DNA of 64,000 nt, taken from Octopus sinensis (Eukaryota). The translations under genes and the position numbers were made by a program. The stretch covers positions 5,828,001 to 5,892,000 of the forward strand of contig NC_043006.1 in the NCBI RefSeq assembly GCF_006345805.1, in the 5' to 3' direction. The notes under the pieces were generated by a model. It had not been told where the DNA came from, made no database searches, and saw only the letters and a program-made list of their open reading frames with translations. This document shows, piece after piece, positions 35,571-49,040 of this stretch. The number at the start of each line of letters is the position of its first letter. Position 1 is the stretch's first letter.

Positions 35571-37554
35571 ATACATAAACAAACATACATATATACTTAC
35601 GTTCGTGTTTGTGTGTGTGCACCACATATACACATGCTTAAGGACACATATATGTATGTTTATATATTGTGTACTATTCCGAGATGGTAAGATCAACAAA
35701 AAAAGTACTGGTGAGAGATATTATTTAATAAACACAATGCATGTTTTTATGTACTACTATTATTAGTTTCATGCGATGAAAGCATCACAGACAATATATT
35801 TTAACACGTTTGGAGCCTTATTGCAATCTTCAGTCATTGTTATGCCCACATGGCATAGCAATGAGCAATCTTCAGCCAGTGCCCACGTGGCATTACAATG
35901 ACGATAGGATGAGAGAAAAAACGAGAAAATGCGAGGAAATAGATATAAAAGGTGGAAGGTTGAAAAAACCTGAAATTTGTGCGTATGTATGTGTGTGTGC
36001 GCGTGTGTGTATTTGTGTGTGTTTGTGTGTGTGTGTGTACATAACCATATCTTTACTGTACTATCCATTCCCATTTTCTTTCTCTTCATACCCGCTTCAT
36101 TATTCTGCCCATTTCCCCTTCACACACCAGCTTACTTCTCAGCACTATATACACACACACTTCAAACAATGTCTTCGTTGTTGGCTACAGCCTGAAACAT
36201 TTGGTTCAATTTCACTTCACAGTAAATCTTGCACTACTTTCTAATACAAAAATTAACTCAATCCTGAATGTTTTTCTCATTTTCTAAAACTTACAACTAT
36301 ATCCTCACAAAGGAAAACTGTTTGCAGATCTTGAATATTGCATTCTCTGTATTTGCACATTCAGCTGATCTACTCTCAGCCTCCTATCACTTCCTTAAGG
36401 TCCTTCTCCACAATTACAACACCAACCGGTTTTTCTTTAATTACAAATTTTAAACCACCTCCATGAAGACCTGTTCTAAACACTAAAAAAAGGGTCCTTT
36501 CATTACACTTATCGTCTCAGCACTAATTACCCTTGCTAAAACATTTACACCGCCCTTCTTTGATAAGTATTTATTTCTAAATGCTTCTCTACCCGTGTAT
36601 TTTCTTCAGTCTTTAAGCTTCAGTAATATCACGGTCTATAGATATTGCCGTCCTTTCTTCCGCCAACAATGAAGCAATTTAAAAAGATGGCTGCTCAAAC
36701 TAGCAACGGAGACGTTTAACAATGCGTAAAATAATGTTTAAATATTGAATGATCTATATTTATATATCTCATAAATGTCTCGCTGGCTAGAATAATCTCG
36801 GAATCAATTATAATTTAATAAAATACAAATATTGATTGACAACAAATTCTATTCAAACTGACAAGTAAACACTTTTCATAGTCGCTGTATTTATAGAGAT
36901 TAATATAGATTATCGGTTATCTGGTGCCTCGTTCTTCTTTCGATGAGCTAACCCCGAACCAGTCATTATTTGAACACTTTTACAATAGAACGACTTGAAA
37001 TGTTTTGGAAAACAATATAATGTTTTGTGCAATCGGCTTTTTCTTTAAACTAAGTAGTTTATTTGTAATATATGTGAGTATAAAGTTTGTGTGTGTGTGT
37101 GTGTGTGTGTATGTGTGTGTAAGTGCAACGAGACAGCTTCAGGTCTGTGGTTCAGTCCCTGTGTGGGAAAGAGATTAATTAGAAACTGACACAAAAGAAC
37201 AAGAGATTGCATGTTATGTTAGATCAAATTTAAAGAACCATACAGCACATTTAAGATATTGATGCTATATTTCAAATGATAAACATCCGACGAAATAGAT
37301 CACAGATATAAAAATCAGCGAATCTCAAAATCTCACAACTGAAAATATGAAAATATAAAATTTAGACTTTGGTTGATTATCCCCGAGGTTTTGTCTTCAC
37401 GGTGTGTTAAATGAATGCCAGCTTGTCCTTTTGGCACTGAATCGCGATTGAAAATGGGAAGCGGTTAAAATTTAAAAGCTCGCTCAATTTTTCAACCCCA
37501 GATCGCTGGGAATTTATCATTGTAGCATTATAGCTATCGTTAGAATATCACGCT

Positions 37555-37921
37555 ACAATACGTTACAAGGATGTTTGCAAAAGGGACTTGAAGGCCTGCA
37601 ACATCAATATTAGCGGTTGGGAGGCAGTTGCCGGCAACCGTGGAGACTGGCGACGTGCCGTAAGAGAGGGAATACAAATGAGTAACAGAGAGAGAGAGGA
37701 GAAATGGAAAGACAAGAAAAGATGTCAACAAGAAGCTACGACATTACAACCAGCCAGGAACAGTCTTTGCTACATTTGCGGTACCTGCCAGAGGGAGTGT
37801 TTGTCCAGGATAGGACTACACAGCCACAGCAGGAGATGTATTAGGACATGAAATGTAAAAGCCGGACTAGACTACTTTATGCGCAACTCCATTGTCTCCC
37901 GAGACAAAAAGGATGCCAACA
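37555..37921 (+). mobile_element. 5'-truncated RTE-BovB-like LINE with 13-bp TSD
   Basis: RYKDVCKRDLKACNI...WRRAVREG...CGTCQRECLSRIGLHSHSRRC*; 3' end CCATTGTCTCCCGAGAC; TSD AGAATATCACGCT at 37542-37554 and 37922-37934. Confidence 0.9.
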
Positions 37922-38341
37922 AGAATATCACGCTGCAAGGCTAACATGACAAAAAGTCAACGTAAATGTTTACCGTTATTTCTATAGTTATGGTTATTCT
38001 AATAACTAGGAATATTCCCAATCTGTCTGAACCTTATTTACTCTAAAAATGTTAACTTAAACAATGGAACTGAACTATGAGCAGCAATTGACTTTCATAA
38101 CGTCTTCAGTGTAAATGGTAGAAAAATGTAGATTCGGTTTCGAATCGTGACTTAGAATCTAGGAAGCTATTAGTAACAGAATTGTTCTATAGGTACAAGA
38201 ATTTATATTTATGACAAATGAAGAAATAGGTCATCTGTGTCTTTCCCAAAGGGCAACAACGATTCAAGGGAAATGAAAAAATTGTAACCGAGATTTAAAT
38301 CGGGACACTGCTTACCAAGACTATATTTTTCGGGCTTTGAA

Positions 38342-38571
38342 AGGCGGCGAGCTGGCAGAACCGTTAGCACGCCGGGCGAAATGCTTTGCGGTATTTCGTC
38401 TGCCGCTACATTCTGGGTTCAAATTCCACCGAGGTCGACTTTGCCTTTCATCCTTTCGGGGTCGATTAAATAAGTACCAGTTACGCACTGGGCTAGATGT
38501 AATCGACTTACTCCGTTTGTCTGTCCTTGCTTGTCCCTTCTGTGTGTAGCCCCTTGTGGGTAGTAAAGAAA
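38342..38571 (+). mobile_element. SINE family B monomer
   Basis: Full head and body. Confidence 0.9.
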
Positions 38572-39324
38572 TATTTTTTTTTCAGGCTTTCTTTAATAAT
38601 CATGAAACTCAATGATACAAATGGGGCCCAACCCTGTCCAATAATGTGGTTTCTGTGCACTTTCGACCTGCTCTATGCTACCACTTATCTCTCTGAGCAA
38701 ACACATTTGAGCCCAGAAAAGAATGTGCCCCACGATGAAGGTGGTGCTACGGCCACAATTAGAAACGGTGATCGAATGCTTTGTTGGCTCAGATAGTTCT
38801 GTGCCATAAGTCTGTTTAAGCTGTACAGACTAACAATAGTTGTCATGTTTATACTGCTTATCTGTATTAATATTCACTTATTTACACAAGGCTGAATTCA
38901 GGCAGAATCGTTTATTTGACGCAGACAGCTACAATAAATAAATAAAGACATAAAATATGTTGAAATAAATCTCATCTAAGAAAGCTTTATGACTGGACAG
39001 TACTTAAAATGAAAAGTTAACGATGACACACTGATTACATACTTAGCCTCAAGTACTGGACGTCTAATCTGATTTGACACTAATATTTAACCAATGTAAA
39101 TATTCCTGATGCTTTATGAATGTTATATTCATAACACATCCATATTAATGCAACCGAAATAATGACTTCATAGCATATCCATATAAACAAACCGAAAAAA
39201 ATGGTTTCATATTGACTAACTGCATCAATTCACTCACGTGTTAGTGCAAGAGTTACGTTTCAACTGAAAATATTTCAGGAGACGCTTTCTGAATAATAGA
39301 CTAATCAATGTACTAATAATATAT

Positions 39325-39546
39325 ATTTCTTTACTACCCACAAGGGGCTAAACACAGAGGGGACAAACAAGGACAGCCAAACGGATTAAGTCGATTACAT
39401 CGACCCCAGTGCGTAACTGGTACTTATTTAATCGAACCCGAAAGGATGAAAGGCAAAATCGACCTCGGCGAAATTTGAACCCAGAACGTAACGGCAGACG
39501 AAATACGGCTACGCATTTCGCCCGACGTGCTAACGTTTCTGCCAGC
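39325..39546 (-). mobile_element. SINE family B monomer with 16-bp TSD
   Basis: TSD TGTACTAATAATATAT at 39309-39324 and 39547-39562. Confidence 0.9.
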
Positions 39547-40043
39547 TGTACTAATAATATATGATAGTGTTTAAACTCTGACTTGTAGAATCCGAAACGC
39601 AGGTTCGAGTCTAGGTTTGGCATTGTACATTCTCTTAACCCTTCGAATTCCATTCGGTGTAAATAGCTAAGAAAACAGAGGCCTCTGTTAGCCTGGATTT
39701 CCTTTATAACGCTATATACAGTCGAAATCGTCAATGGTGCCAGCAGCTCATCAAACGCTACGGCTTAGCTTTATTCTATCTATTACTCATAGCAATCAAC
39801 GCTGGGTGCTTGAACTCCCTAGAGAAACGGTGAAACCCGTCAAAACGAATTTTTGACTCAAGCTTCATTTCATTTTTTGGACATTGTCCAAACAAAGATG
39901 AGCTCCACCAAACTGAATTATTCACCACATGGGATGAGGAATCTTGTAAATAATACAGGAAAATTACAGTTTCTATGACAACGCATGGGTGCTGAGAAAA
40001 CTATTGTATTCTTACAAATTTATAAACGAGCAATTTATATAAA

Positions 40044-40435
40044 ACTAGCAGTATCGCCCGGCGTTGCTCGGTTTTGTAAGGGAAATAACTATATAAGCAT
40101 TTTTAGAGATGTAAAGTATAATAGCCATCTCAATATGGCTAACCACAAAGGGGGGGGGTGTTACTGTAGCTTTTTACGTTCTGAGATTTAATAATACATT
40201 TTTAGAGAGTTACTTCCCTTATATAAACCGATTAAAATGTGGAAAAATTATGGTAAATGTTTTTTTAAATCGTAGACTCATCGTAGACGCGCGCTAATAC
40301 CCAGAAGGGCTCGATATGAATTACGACTATAAGATACCCGGTTTTGGTTAAACTGCACCGCAAAATGTGGGAGTAGTTAGGAATCTAAATCGTAGGAGAC
40401 AGACAGCACACAACCTCACTTTTATATATAAAGAT
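40044..40435 (+). mobile_element. Helentron/DINE-1-like non-autonomous element
   Basis: 5' ACTAGCAGTATCGCCCGGCGTTGCTCGG, 3' GACAGACAGCACACAACCTCACTTTTATATATAAAGAT; no TSD; close inverted copy at 45862-46247. Confidence 0.7.
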
Positions 40436-40974
40436 TATTTCACGATTAAAACATTTTGTTCATACAAGCGGCGAGTTCAAATATGACTGCGGGAAAATTA
40501 TCCCTCGAGAGGGGAACAGCTCCCTACTCCTGCAATCTTTGGTAAGAACCATGGTTGACTATTTAAAGGGAACATTAATTCCATCGATTTCACTTGTCTT
40601 GGAGTGTCTGCAGTGATCATGGACATGGCCATTTGTCCAAACTAATTAATATTCTTTCTTTTATCTTTGCCAAAATGTATTTTGGGAAAATAATGTTGAA
40701 AAGTCAAATGCTGGAATTCTGTTACCGAAATTGTTAAGATGTGTCCCTCATAACGGGAACTAGCACTAAAATTCCTATTCCCTTGCCTGATGTCATGAAA
40801 GAACATATTCCAATGCTGGGAGCCATGGTAACACAATGCAATCGATGTGGATTTCTTTACTTTACCATTCTAAACTTAAATCCTGTTATCGCAAAGTTTT
40901 CGGTACGATATTCAAGGATCGATGGCTTGTTTCCTGTCACAGGTTTTGCACTTACTTTGATGCCTCTGTTTTCT

Positions 40975-41170
40975 TAGCTATTTACGAAGAAGGTTAAACG
41001 AGAACTTCGACTCAGAGATATTGCTTGGGCTGAATTCAAAAATCTGGATTCGACTGCAGCTTTTGAGGTGTACAAAACTCAACGAGACCGAGCCGTGAAA
41101 ATTGAAAAGGAAGAACGCTTCAGTTATGAATACAAAATCGCGGCAAACGCAGTAGCAATCCAAAAACTCT
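40975..41170 (+). mobile_element. CR1/Jockey-like LINE ORF2 linker fragment
   Basis: FTKKVKRELRLRDIAWAEFKNL...FEVYKTQRDRAVKIEKEERFSYEYKIAANA.SNPK, typical of the EN-RT linker. Confidence 0.6.
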
Positions 41171-41400
41171 GAAGGACCTGGTCCGCCTCCTTTTCACAAG
41201 TACCGAGGGGGGGGGAGGCACGATTCATTGCCTGGCATTTAATGATTATTAGCTGGTATTAATGAGACAAAACCCTGCAATGGGCAACATTGCTATTCAG
41301 AACTGTTTCTCAATCGTTTAAACACATCAGAAACTGTGATAAATTCCACTTACATCCTGACAAATTCCTAAACGTGGTGAATAAATAATGATTTCGAACC

Positions 41401-41989
41401 GAAGAAGAAGAAGAAGAAGAAGAAGAAGAAGAAGAAGAGAAGAGGAGGAGGAGGAGGAGAGGAGGAGGAGGGGAAGAAGAAGAGAAGAAGAAGAGAAGAG
41501 AAGAAGAAGGAGAGAAGAAGAAGAAGAAGAAGAAGAAGGAGGAGGAGGAGGAAAGAAGAAGAAGAAGAAGAAGAAGAGAAGAAGAAGGAGGAGGAGAAGA
41601 AGAAGAGAAGAAGAAGAAGAAGGAGAAGAAGAAGAAGAAGAAGAAGAAGAAGAAGGAGAAGAAGAAGAAGGAGGAGGAGGAGGAGAAGAGAAGAAGAAGA
41701 AGAAGAAGGAGGAGGAAGAGGAGGAGGAGGAGGGGAAGAAGAGAAGAAGAAGAAAAGAAGAAGAAGAAGGAGGAGGAGAAGAAGAAGAAGAAGAAGAAGA
41801 AGAAGGAGGAGGAGGAGAAGAAGAAGAAGGAGAAGAAGAAGAAGAAGAAGAAGAAGTAGAAGGAGAAGAAGAAGAAGAAGAAGAAGAAGAAGAAGAAGGA
41901 GAAGAAGGAGAAGAAGAAGAAGAAGAAGGAGAAGGAGAAGGAGAAGAAGAAGAAGAAGAGAAGAAGAAGAAGAGAAGAAGAAGAAGAAG
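41401..41989. repeat. (GAA)n/(GAG)n homopurine array
   Basis: About 590 bp almost purely A/G; the poly-E/R ORF is an artefact. Confidence 0.97.
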
Positions 41990-42566
41990 ACGGCAATATA
42001 TGGTGGAAGGTTACTATAAACTAATGCGCTAGACTTTATATCTTCTGTTCATACAATGAAAATCCGCTTATTTTGGCCAGTTAAGATGTGAGGAAAGTAG
42101 AAATGATTATGACCTTTTATCTTCATGGCCTTCTTAATGAATCAGATCGATAGCTCGGATAGTTTTACACATTTTGAAGTATGAATGGCTAAAATAGCGT
42201 AAAATAAATATTACAAACCAATCATTACTTATTAAAATGTGTGATATGATCTAATGGATATCGTTTCAGGGTTTCCATTATTTTGATGTTAGCGATTAAT
42301 ATCGATAATGATAATAAAACTACATAAATCTTAATTGTCGTAATTATATCAATCTATGGTAATTATAGTAATTTTAAAGTTCGATGATAAACTCTGTAAA
42401 TCGTGAAAAAGTAAAAATAGAGGTTTGTTGAAAATAATAGAAAATAGAATTTCTCCAATGAAGTATTCCATTGTACAGATGTACATAGATAAGTGAATAT
42501 TTGTACAGCCAACGAGAAAGTCTGTACGTAGTTCTTTGGTTATTTGAATATATCAGATAAGGTAGA

Positions 42567-43071
42567 ATTCAGGTTTAAGAACCCCATATAGCCGATCATA
42601 AGTTTTTTATTTGGGGGAATTTCAGAAAATTTTTGCGTATTTGTGTTTTACACATGAGAATTCATATGATTATGAAAAAAGAAAAATATATTTTTGTGTG
42701 TTTGTGATATAAGGGTGACATAGCTTGTTTTTAGCACACCCCACGACCACCTGATACCATCCCCGTTCGTCACTCTGACATGTAACTGATTTTTTTTTCT
42801 ATATTCTTCCTCCCCATAAACTCATTTATGGTATCCACTGCTGAGATTTAAGTAAAAAATTCTGACTGTCCGTATTTTAAACTCTGATTTAAAAAAAATT
42901 TAAAGAGTGAAAATTTTAGGATGTATGAAGGAGGATTTTAAAAAATTAAATACTTTTTTTCATAATCGTATAAATCCCCGTAGAACAGAAATTTGCAAAC
43001 ATTCTCTGAAAATTTCAAAAAATAAAAAAAAGTTATAAGGGATTAATTATTTGGGGTGCTTAAACCAGAAT
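42567..43071. mobile_element. Old MITE-like element with long degenerate TIRs
   Basis: Left ATTCAGGTTTAAGAACCCC...GATTATGAAAAAAG vs reverse complement of right ATTCTGGTTTAAGCACCCC...GATTATGAAAAAAG (about 120 bp); no TSD seen. Confidence 0.5.
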
Positions 43072-44918
43072 CCCGCCTCAACTAAATCTCCCTCGCAATC
43101 ACATCCTACTTATTGTCTATTCAAGAGCGCCTTGAATAACGGAATGGCTTGGCTGCTTCAACTCTGATAAACTTTTGCCCTACTCAGTCCGGAATGGCGT
43201 AGAGCTAAACAACAAAATCACCAAGTTTCAAAATACGGGTGGGTAAGGGATCAACTTTATATTTAACCCTTCACCTACCCCAAGTATCATATGTGATACA
43301 CGAAACATACTCCCCAAGCGTCCATGCATCACACAGGATACACATTTCCGATTCTTTTTCGACCACCAGAGTAATTTGGAAGAGTTTTATGCTATTCAGA
43401 AACAAGGGCTAACTAAAAATCTGAAAACAAACATGGACGTTTAATATACGTAAGAAGATGTTTTGAACAGGCAAAGGTTTAGAAGGTTATGTTCAGATCC
43501 TGTCTCTAGAGCAATGGTATGCACTAGATGGGACGTTTACCCTCACCTACCTTATTTATCTGACTTCAGACCAGCTAAGAACAACAGAAAGAGAGAAAGA
43601 GAGTAAGGAGGGTTATGTCCTGAGCTAGACGGTGCTAAATGAAGCAAACTATTATACTGAAAAAGAATAGACAGATGAAATACTATTGATGATAAAACGT
43701 TTTTTGTTTTCTGAACATTTAATCACGATTCAGACAATACAGAAGTAGAAAGAATATTTTACTTGTTAAAATAATGTCATTTTAATCGCAAACACTTTGT
43801 TACGTAATACAGTTACTGACAATAATGGAGCTAAAAATATAAACGTCACTTAACACTTTGACAAAAACAAAAGCTATTTTAATTTCAATATTTGATATTA
43901 TATTCTGCTATAAACTGTTTAATAATTATTTGGTTATATCATCATAACATCTGTTGTGATGGCTAAATAAAATAGTTGATCAGAGAAGAAGTGGTCAAGA
44001 ATAAGCTGAAATGCATCGCAAGTTTTAGTGCTATGTAATTATAGGTTTCTCGTGTTTAATGCACATGTGACAGCTTTTCAATGTGCTTCTTTTAAACAGT
44101 GAATAATTGCAAAAGACTAGCATAAAACGTTCGTGTTTAAACTTATGTAATCTAAAAAGTTTCTTTAAAAAATTGCTTATTCATATTTAGTTTGACTCGT
44201 AAGAGCTTCTATAAACGGATAAAGCGTTTAATCCATCAATATGGATTTGTTTGTCTTTAAATTAAGTGACACCGCTGACACTGTTGCCAATTTGCTAATA
44301 AGTGGTTACTGCATTCATTTATTTATATAATTACTTTCAAAAATCAGACACTTGGGTGGTGCATTATTTTATGAAAGACTTTACTTATTTGACGAAAATA
44401 GATTTCTGTGAAGGAATTTCAAGAAGAAAAATGTTTAAAAATAGCAAATGTTACAGATTTTTAGTGAATTGTTTCAAATAGCAACGAACATTTCTACACC
44501 AATAAACCACATTAACTCTCCCCCCAATCACACTTCTATCTCTCACTCTCTCTCTCTTCCCCATTTCTCATCCTTTCCTTTTCTCTCTTCCCCTCTCTCT
44601 CTCCCTTCCCGCTCTCCCTCTCTCCCTTCCCCTCCATCTTTCTCTTCCCCTCTCTCTCATCCTCGCCCTCTCTTTCTGTGTATTTTTGTGTTTCCATTAA
44701 ACTTATCTCTCCATATGTCTCTCTCTCACACTTTCTCTCTCTCTCTCTCACTCTCCGTTTCCATTAACAAATCTCTTTCTCTTTCGTCACGGTTTGTTAA
44801 GCAAGAATCAACCCATTAATTATACCGATCAGATCGATATATTATTGCTATAATTACACCACTTTGCCGTTTCCCACTCCCCTACCTCCATTATCATCAT
44901 GGCGGAAATGTAATTCAC

Positions 44919-45001
44919 CTTAAAACACAAACAAGACCGAGTTGTGACGTTTTCACGAAGGAAATGTTTGTTAGCGTTCCATTTGTTGTGTCGTCTGTCA
45001 T
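44919..45001 (-). CDS. Candidate initial coding exon (MTDDTTNGTLTNISFVKTSQLGLVCVL)
   Basis: ATG with A at -3 and an upstream in-frame stop, donor AAG|GTGAAT, two N-X-S/T sequons; unverified. Confidence 0.25.
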
Positions 45002-45557
45002 CTTCTGTCGCCGTTCTATTTACTCCTGTTTTTCTTGCCAGTCAATTTTCTTCGCAATCAATTAAGTTGTTTAATGTTAAATGATTTCACCAGTTTCCAT
45101 TCCATGTTGTTTCCTGACAATTCCAATGCAGAAACTTCCGCAATTATTTACACATAATCACCTCTAAAGTATTTGAGTATATTTCGCAAATTCTTGCGTT
45201 TCAATCAAAGAATCTCTCACATTGGTCTCAAATATCTATTGACCGTAAACATTTGGAGAACCATGTTCTTTTTGAGAAAATTATGTAGCATTTTTATTTT
45301 TGTATTACATACAAACGTACATACATACATGTATTTGTGTTTGCGCGCGTGATCGTGCATATGTGTGAGTGTATATAATATGTGGTAAAAGTCTTGCTTT
45401 TGGAAATAATTAAATACATTACGCTTATTTCCCCAACTATTTTCCATTGTAAATACACTCATATACAGACACACAACACCAAAACGAAGAATTCAGTTCA
45501 CAGAGAAATACAATCTTTAAATGTCACAAACCTAGCAAATTATATGATGCGGATCAC

Positions 45558-45599
45558 CTTCAAGACATATCGCATCGTAAAGGTTATCTTCCTGGAATC
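45558..45599 (-). CDS. Candidate 42-nt exon (xFQEDNLYDAICLE in phase 1, or DSRKITFTMRYVLK in phase 0)
   Basis: Acceptor TTATTTATTTCAG, donor AAG|GTGATC, length divisible by 3. Confidence 0.3.
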
Positions 45600-45861
45600 C
45601 TGAAATAAATAATTCCAATTCGAAATTTTGCACTGATTAACAATGAACATTACAAATGACGTCCGGTGTTGTCTTCTTAAAATCCAAAACAGACGACAGG
45701 AGTAATATATTAGCACCATGTTCGTTACAGAACTATATCGACTGAAATCCACAATAAAAGTAGGAACTCTTTAGTTTGTTTTTTCTTTTTTTTTTTTTTA
45801 CAGAATAGGCGACCTTATTCAACTCGATAAATTTCGAGATTAAGACGGATCTTGATATGAA

Positions 45862-46247
45862 ATCTTTATATAAAAGTAGGTTGTGTGCTGTCTGTCTCCT
45901 ACGATTTAGATTCCTAACTACTCCCACATTTTGCGGTGCAGTTTACCAAAAGCGGGTATCTATAGTCGTGATTCATATCGAGCCCTTTTGGTATTAGCGC
46001 GCGTCTACGATGGGTCTACGATTTAAAAAAAATTTACCATCATTTTCCCATTTTTATGCATTTTTGGCATATATAAGGGAAGTAACTCTCTAAAATGTAT
46101 TATTAAATCTCAGAACGTAAAAAGCTACAGTAACCCCCCCCCTTGTGGTTAGCCATATTGAGATGGCTATTATACTTTACATCTCTAAAAATGCTTATAT
46201 AGTTATTTCCCTTACAAACCCGAGCAACGCTGGGCGATACTGCTAGT
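45862..46247 (-). mobile_element. Helentron/DINE-1-like element (second copy)
   Basis: Reverse complement of 40044-40435 with high similarity. Confidence 0.7.
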
Positions 46248-47080
46248 TTGCAATAAATTGAAGAATGACTGGGCCAGTATTAATCATCGAGGACCACAAA
46301 ATGTAATATTTGCAGGAAAACAACAAACTGAAAATTTCATCCTTAAACAATTAAACAAAAAAAAAGGGAGGTTGTGACTCTCGTATTCCAAATAATATAT
46401 TTAAGAGATTCCCTTTGAATCAAATGACCATCGCTACCAAATTAATAATTTTGTAATAATCATCAATATTGGTTTATCATTCGGATGTGGAATATTTAGA
46501 AGAGGAGAATAAGCAGTTATGGCTTTGATGCTTCTTTCAATGCCATTAACTAGTTTGAGGAATTGATTCCAGCTTGTGGTTGAAACCGGGTTTTGCACTC
46601 AGATGGCTAAAGTGTTTGAGTTTTCCTTCCGATTTGATCTCCAGTTTTTCCTTCTTACATTTTGATAAGAATTTCAGCTGGATTTATTTTCTGACTAAGG
46701 TTCTCTAAATTTATGTGCTAGGATTAACGATTGAATTTGCAAACAAATTTTAGTGATTTCCCAATAATTTGTGGCTCTAAGCTACCATCTTCTACAGTTT
46801 GTGGTTCTGAAAATGCTATCTTCCATAGGTTGACTATCAACCACTTCTCGAGACAGTTCTTTGGCTTATCATACCCTACTTTAAAAAGGCCAGGATATTA
46901 TAAGACTTTCCCAGCCTTTTATTATTTCGGAATCAAGTGATGGAGACATCAGATGGATCTATCTTTGCTATTTTCCCCACACTTCTCCCAGCATCCCACC
47001 CATTCATGGCGTCCTCTACGAAAGAGTGAGCTGCTTGAAACCAACCTCGCCTCTACATTTGGGGAGTCATTCAATGATAT

Positions 47081-47462
47081 TGGGATTGGAAGCACTCCGT
47101 CGGTGAGGGTTCCGGTTGATCCGAATCAACGGAACAGCCTGCTCGTGAAATTAACGTGTAAGTGGCTGAGCACTCCACAGACACGTGTACCCTTAACGTA
47201 GTTCTCGGGGATATTCAGCGTGACACAGAGAGTGACAAGGCCGGCCCTTTGAAATACAGGTACAACAGAAACAGGAAGTAAGAGTGAGAGAAAGTTGTGG
47301 GGAAAGAGTACAGCAGGGATCACCACTATCCCCTGCCGGAGCCTCGTGGAGCTTTAGGTGTTTTCGCTCAATAAACACTCACAACGCCCGGTCTGGGAAT
47401 CGAAACCGCGATCCTATGACCGCGAGTCCGCTGCCCTAACCACTGGGCCATTGCGCCTCCAC
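47081..47462 (-). mobile_element. Chimeric SINE (family E head and body + family D 3' half) with 13-bp TSD
   Basis: TSD CATTCAATGATAT at 47068-47080 and 47463-47475; 5' part matches 32651, 3' part matches about 17445-17610. Confidence 0.85.
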
Positions 47463-49040
47463 CATTCAATGATATATCAGTAATGGGAAGCAGCACATTT
47501 CCTAATGGTGTGTCCTTGTCCATTGAGCGTTTAGTGAAATTTATCAGCAAAGTGGTTAAGTCTTTTCCCCCTTCAGATCTCTTTACGTCTTTCAGTCCAG
47601 CATACAACTTACACATCCAACTAAAATAAGCAACAACTGCAACGTCATCTCGCCTGTGTGATTTTGTGAGAGTCTGGTGATATTTATGGTGAGTTTGGCT
47701 GTATCGTTTCTAACCATTTTGATGTTTTCTTGTTAATTTACGTAGAACAAATTTAACCATGTCATACTCTGCATATTAGGAAGCGAGAACCATCTTGTAT
47801 TCATGCTGTTCGGTTTCTCTTGTATTTTCCATGATTTCGGAGACTCACTCACATCTCTTTCCAGGACATTCCTCTCCGTTGTCTTCCCTGTCGCCGTTTT
47901 GACGGACTTCAGTGGTAAGATTTTGTTCCATTTGAGTACTATCGTTAAGGTGATTTTTGATCGAAGCATTTAGGTCATCTGTGCTACATTTTTTTCAGCT
48001 CTGTAAAGTTATCCTCACCTTCACTTTTCAATTAGTTATGATTCTACAACCACTGCAACAAGGTGATATCATGGAGCATCAAGTCGGTACAGGATCGCTG
48101 CTGGCTCACCGCAGTTCATCCACCCTTTTTGTAGATCTTTTTTTTCACACCACATGATGTCCAAATGCATGGTGCAGTTGCTGATCTAGCTGCCGATGGC
48201 CCAACCAAGTACAGTCTGCAATGATTTACATCAATGGTACTCAACGGGGCCATTTGGCTTCCGGAGGCATTTGGAGCTTGAGGAGGTGTTTTGGAGCAAA
48301 GAGGCACTAAGGGTGCTTTAAGAGACTTGGGGGGCGTTGGGGGCGCTGGAAGACCCTCAACTTTGGTAAGTTTAATTTGAAATTAACGAGTAGTAGCCAT
48401 ATTGTCACATCTCTGCGACGGTCACTTTTAAAAACCTTTTTGTTTCAAATTTTCAAAAATTAAAAAAAAACACTTTTTCCAGTTTGACGACACCAAGCAA
48501 ATTCCTGGTACCATGTGTAACTGGTGTCGCTTAAGTGAAACCCCCAAAACAAAAACAAAAACTAAAATCAGATGAATAGTGACAAATGAGTAAAAGAAAA
48601 AAATTAATGAATAAAAGCGAAAAACTGAATGTGCATGTATGTGTGTGTTTGTGTGCAAATATATAAAGGACGGTGGTCAGAATTTTGGACCAAACTGGAT
48701 TTTGGGAGTTGCTGATTTTGGAGCTGTTTTGTATTTTTGCATATGTGTGTATGTATATTTGTATTTATTATTTCGTTTTTTCTTTTTTTTGGCATTTTAA
48801 TTTGTACATCTGTCCTCCCGACTGCGTACAAGCGCATATGTAAAACGATGTCCTTTCTTCTTCTAGTCATTATCTGCTGATATCAAAATAAGTAGTATAT
48901 TGAAAAAGAAAAATATTTTCTAGTGGAAGGGGACATTTGTGACTCCAAAGGTCAAAAGGGGGCGTTTGGCCAAAATGGGCTGAGAACCTTTAGTTTACAT
49001 GATCATCAAAGTAGATCTCCAGATGTCAGGTCTCTCACCT

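Noticed and set aside
43263-43350. TTAA-CCCTT piggyBac-like end
   Set aside because: No matching opposite TIR found in the window
46530-48390. Degraded coding-like minus-strand region hosting the 47081 SINE
   Set aside because: Only a vague zinc-knuckle-like hint (HAFGH); family cannot be assigned
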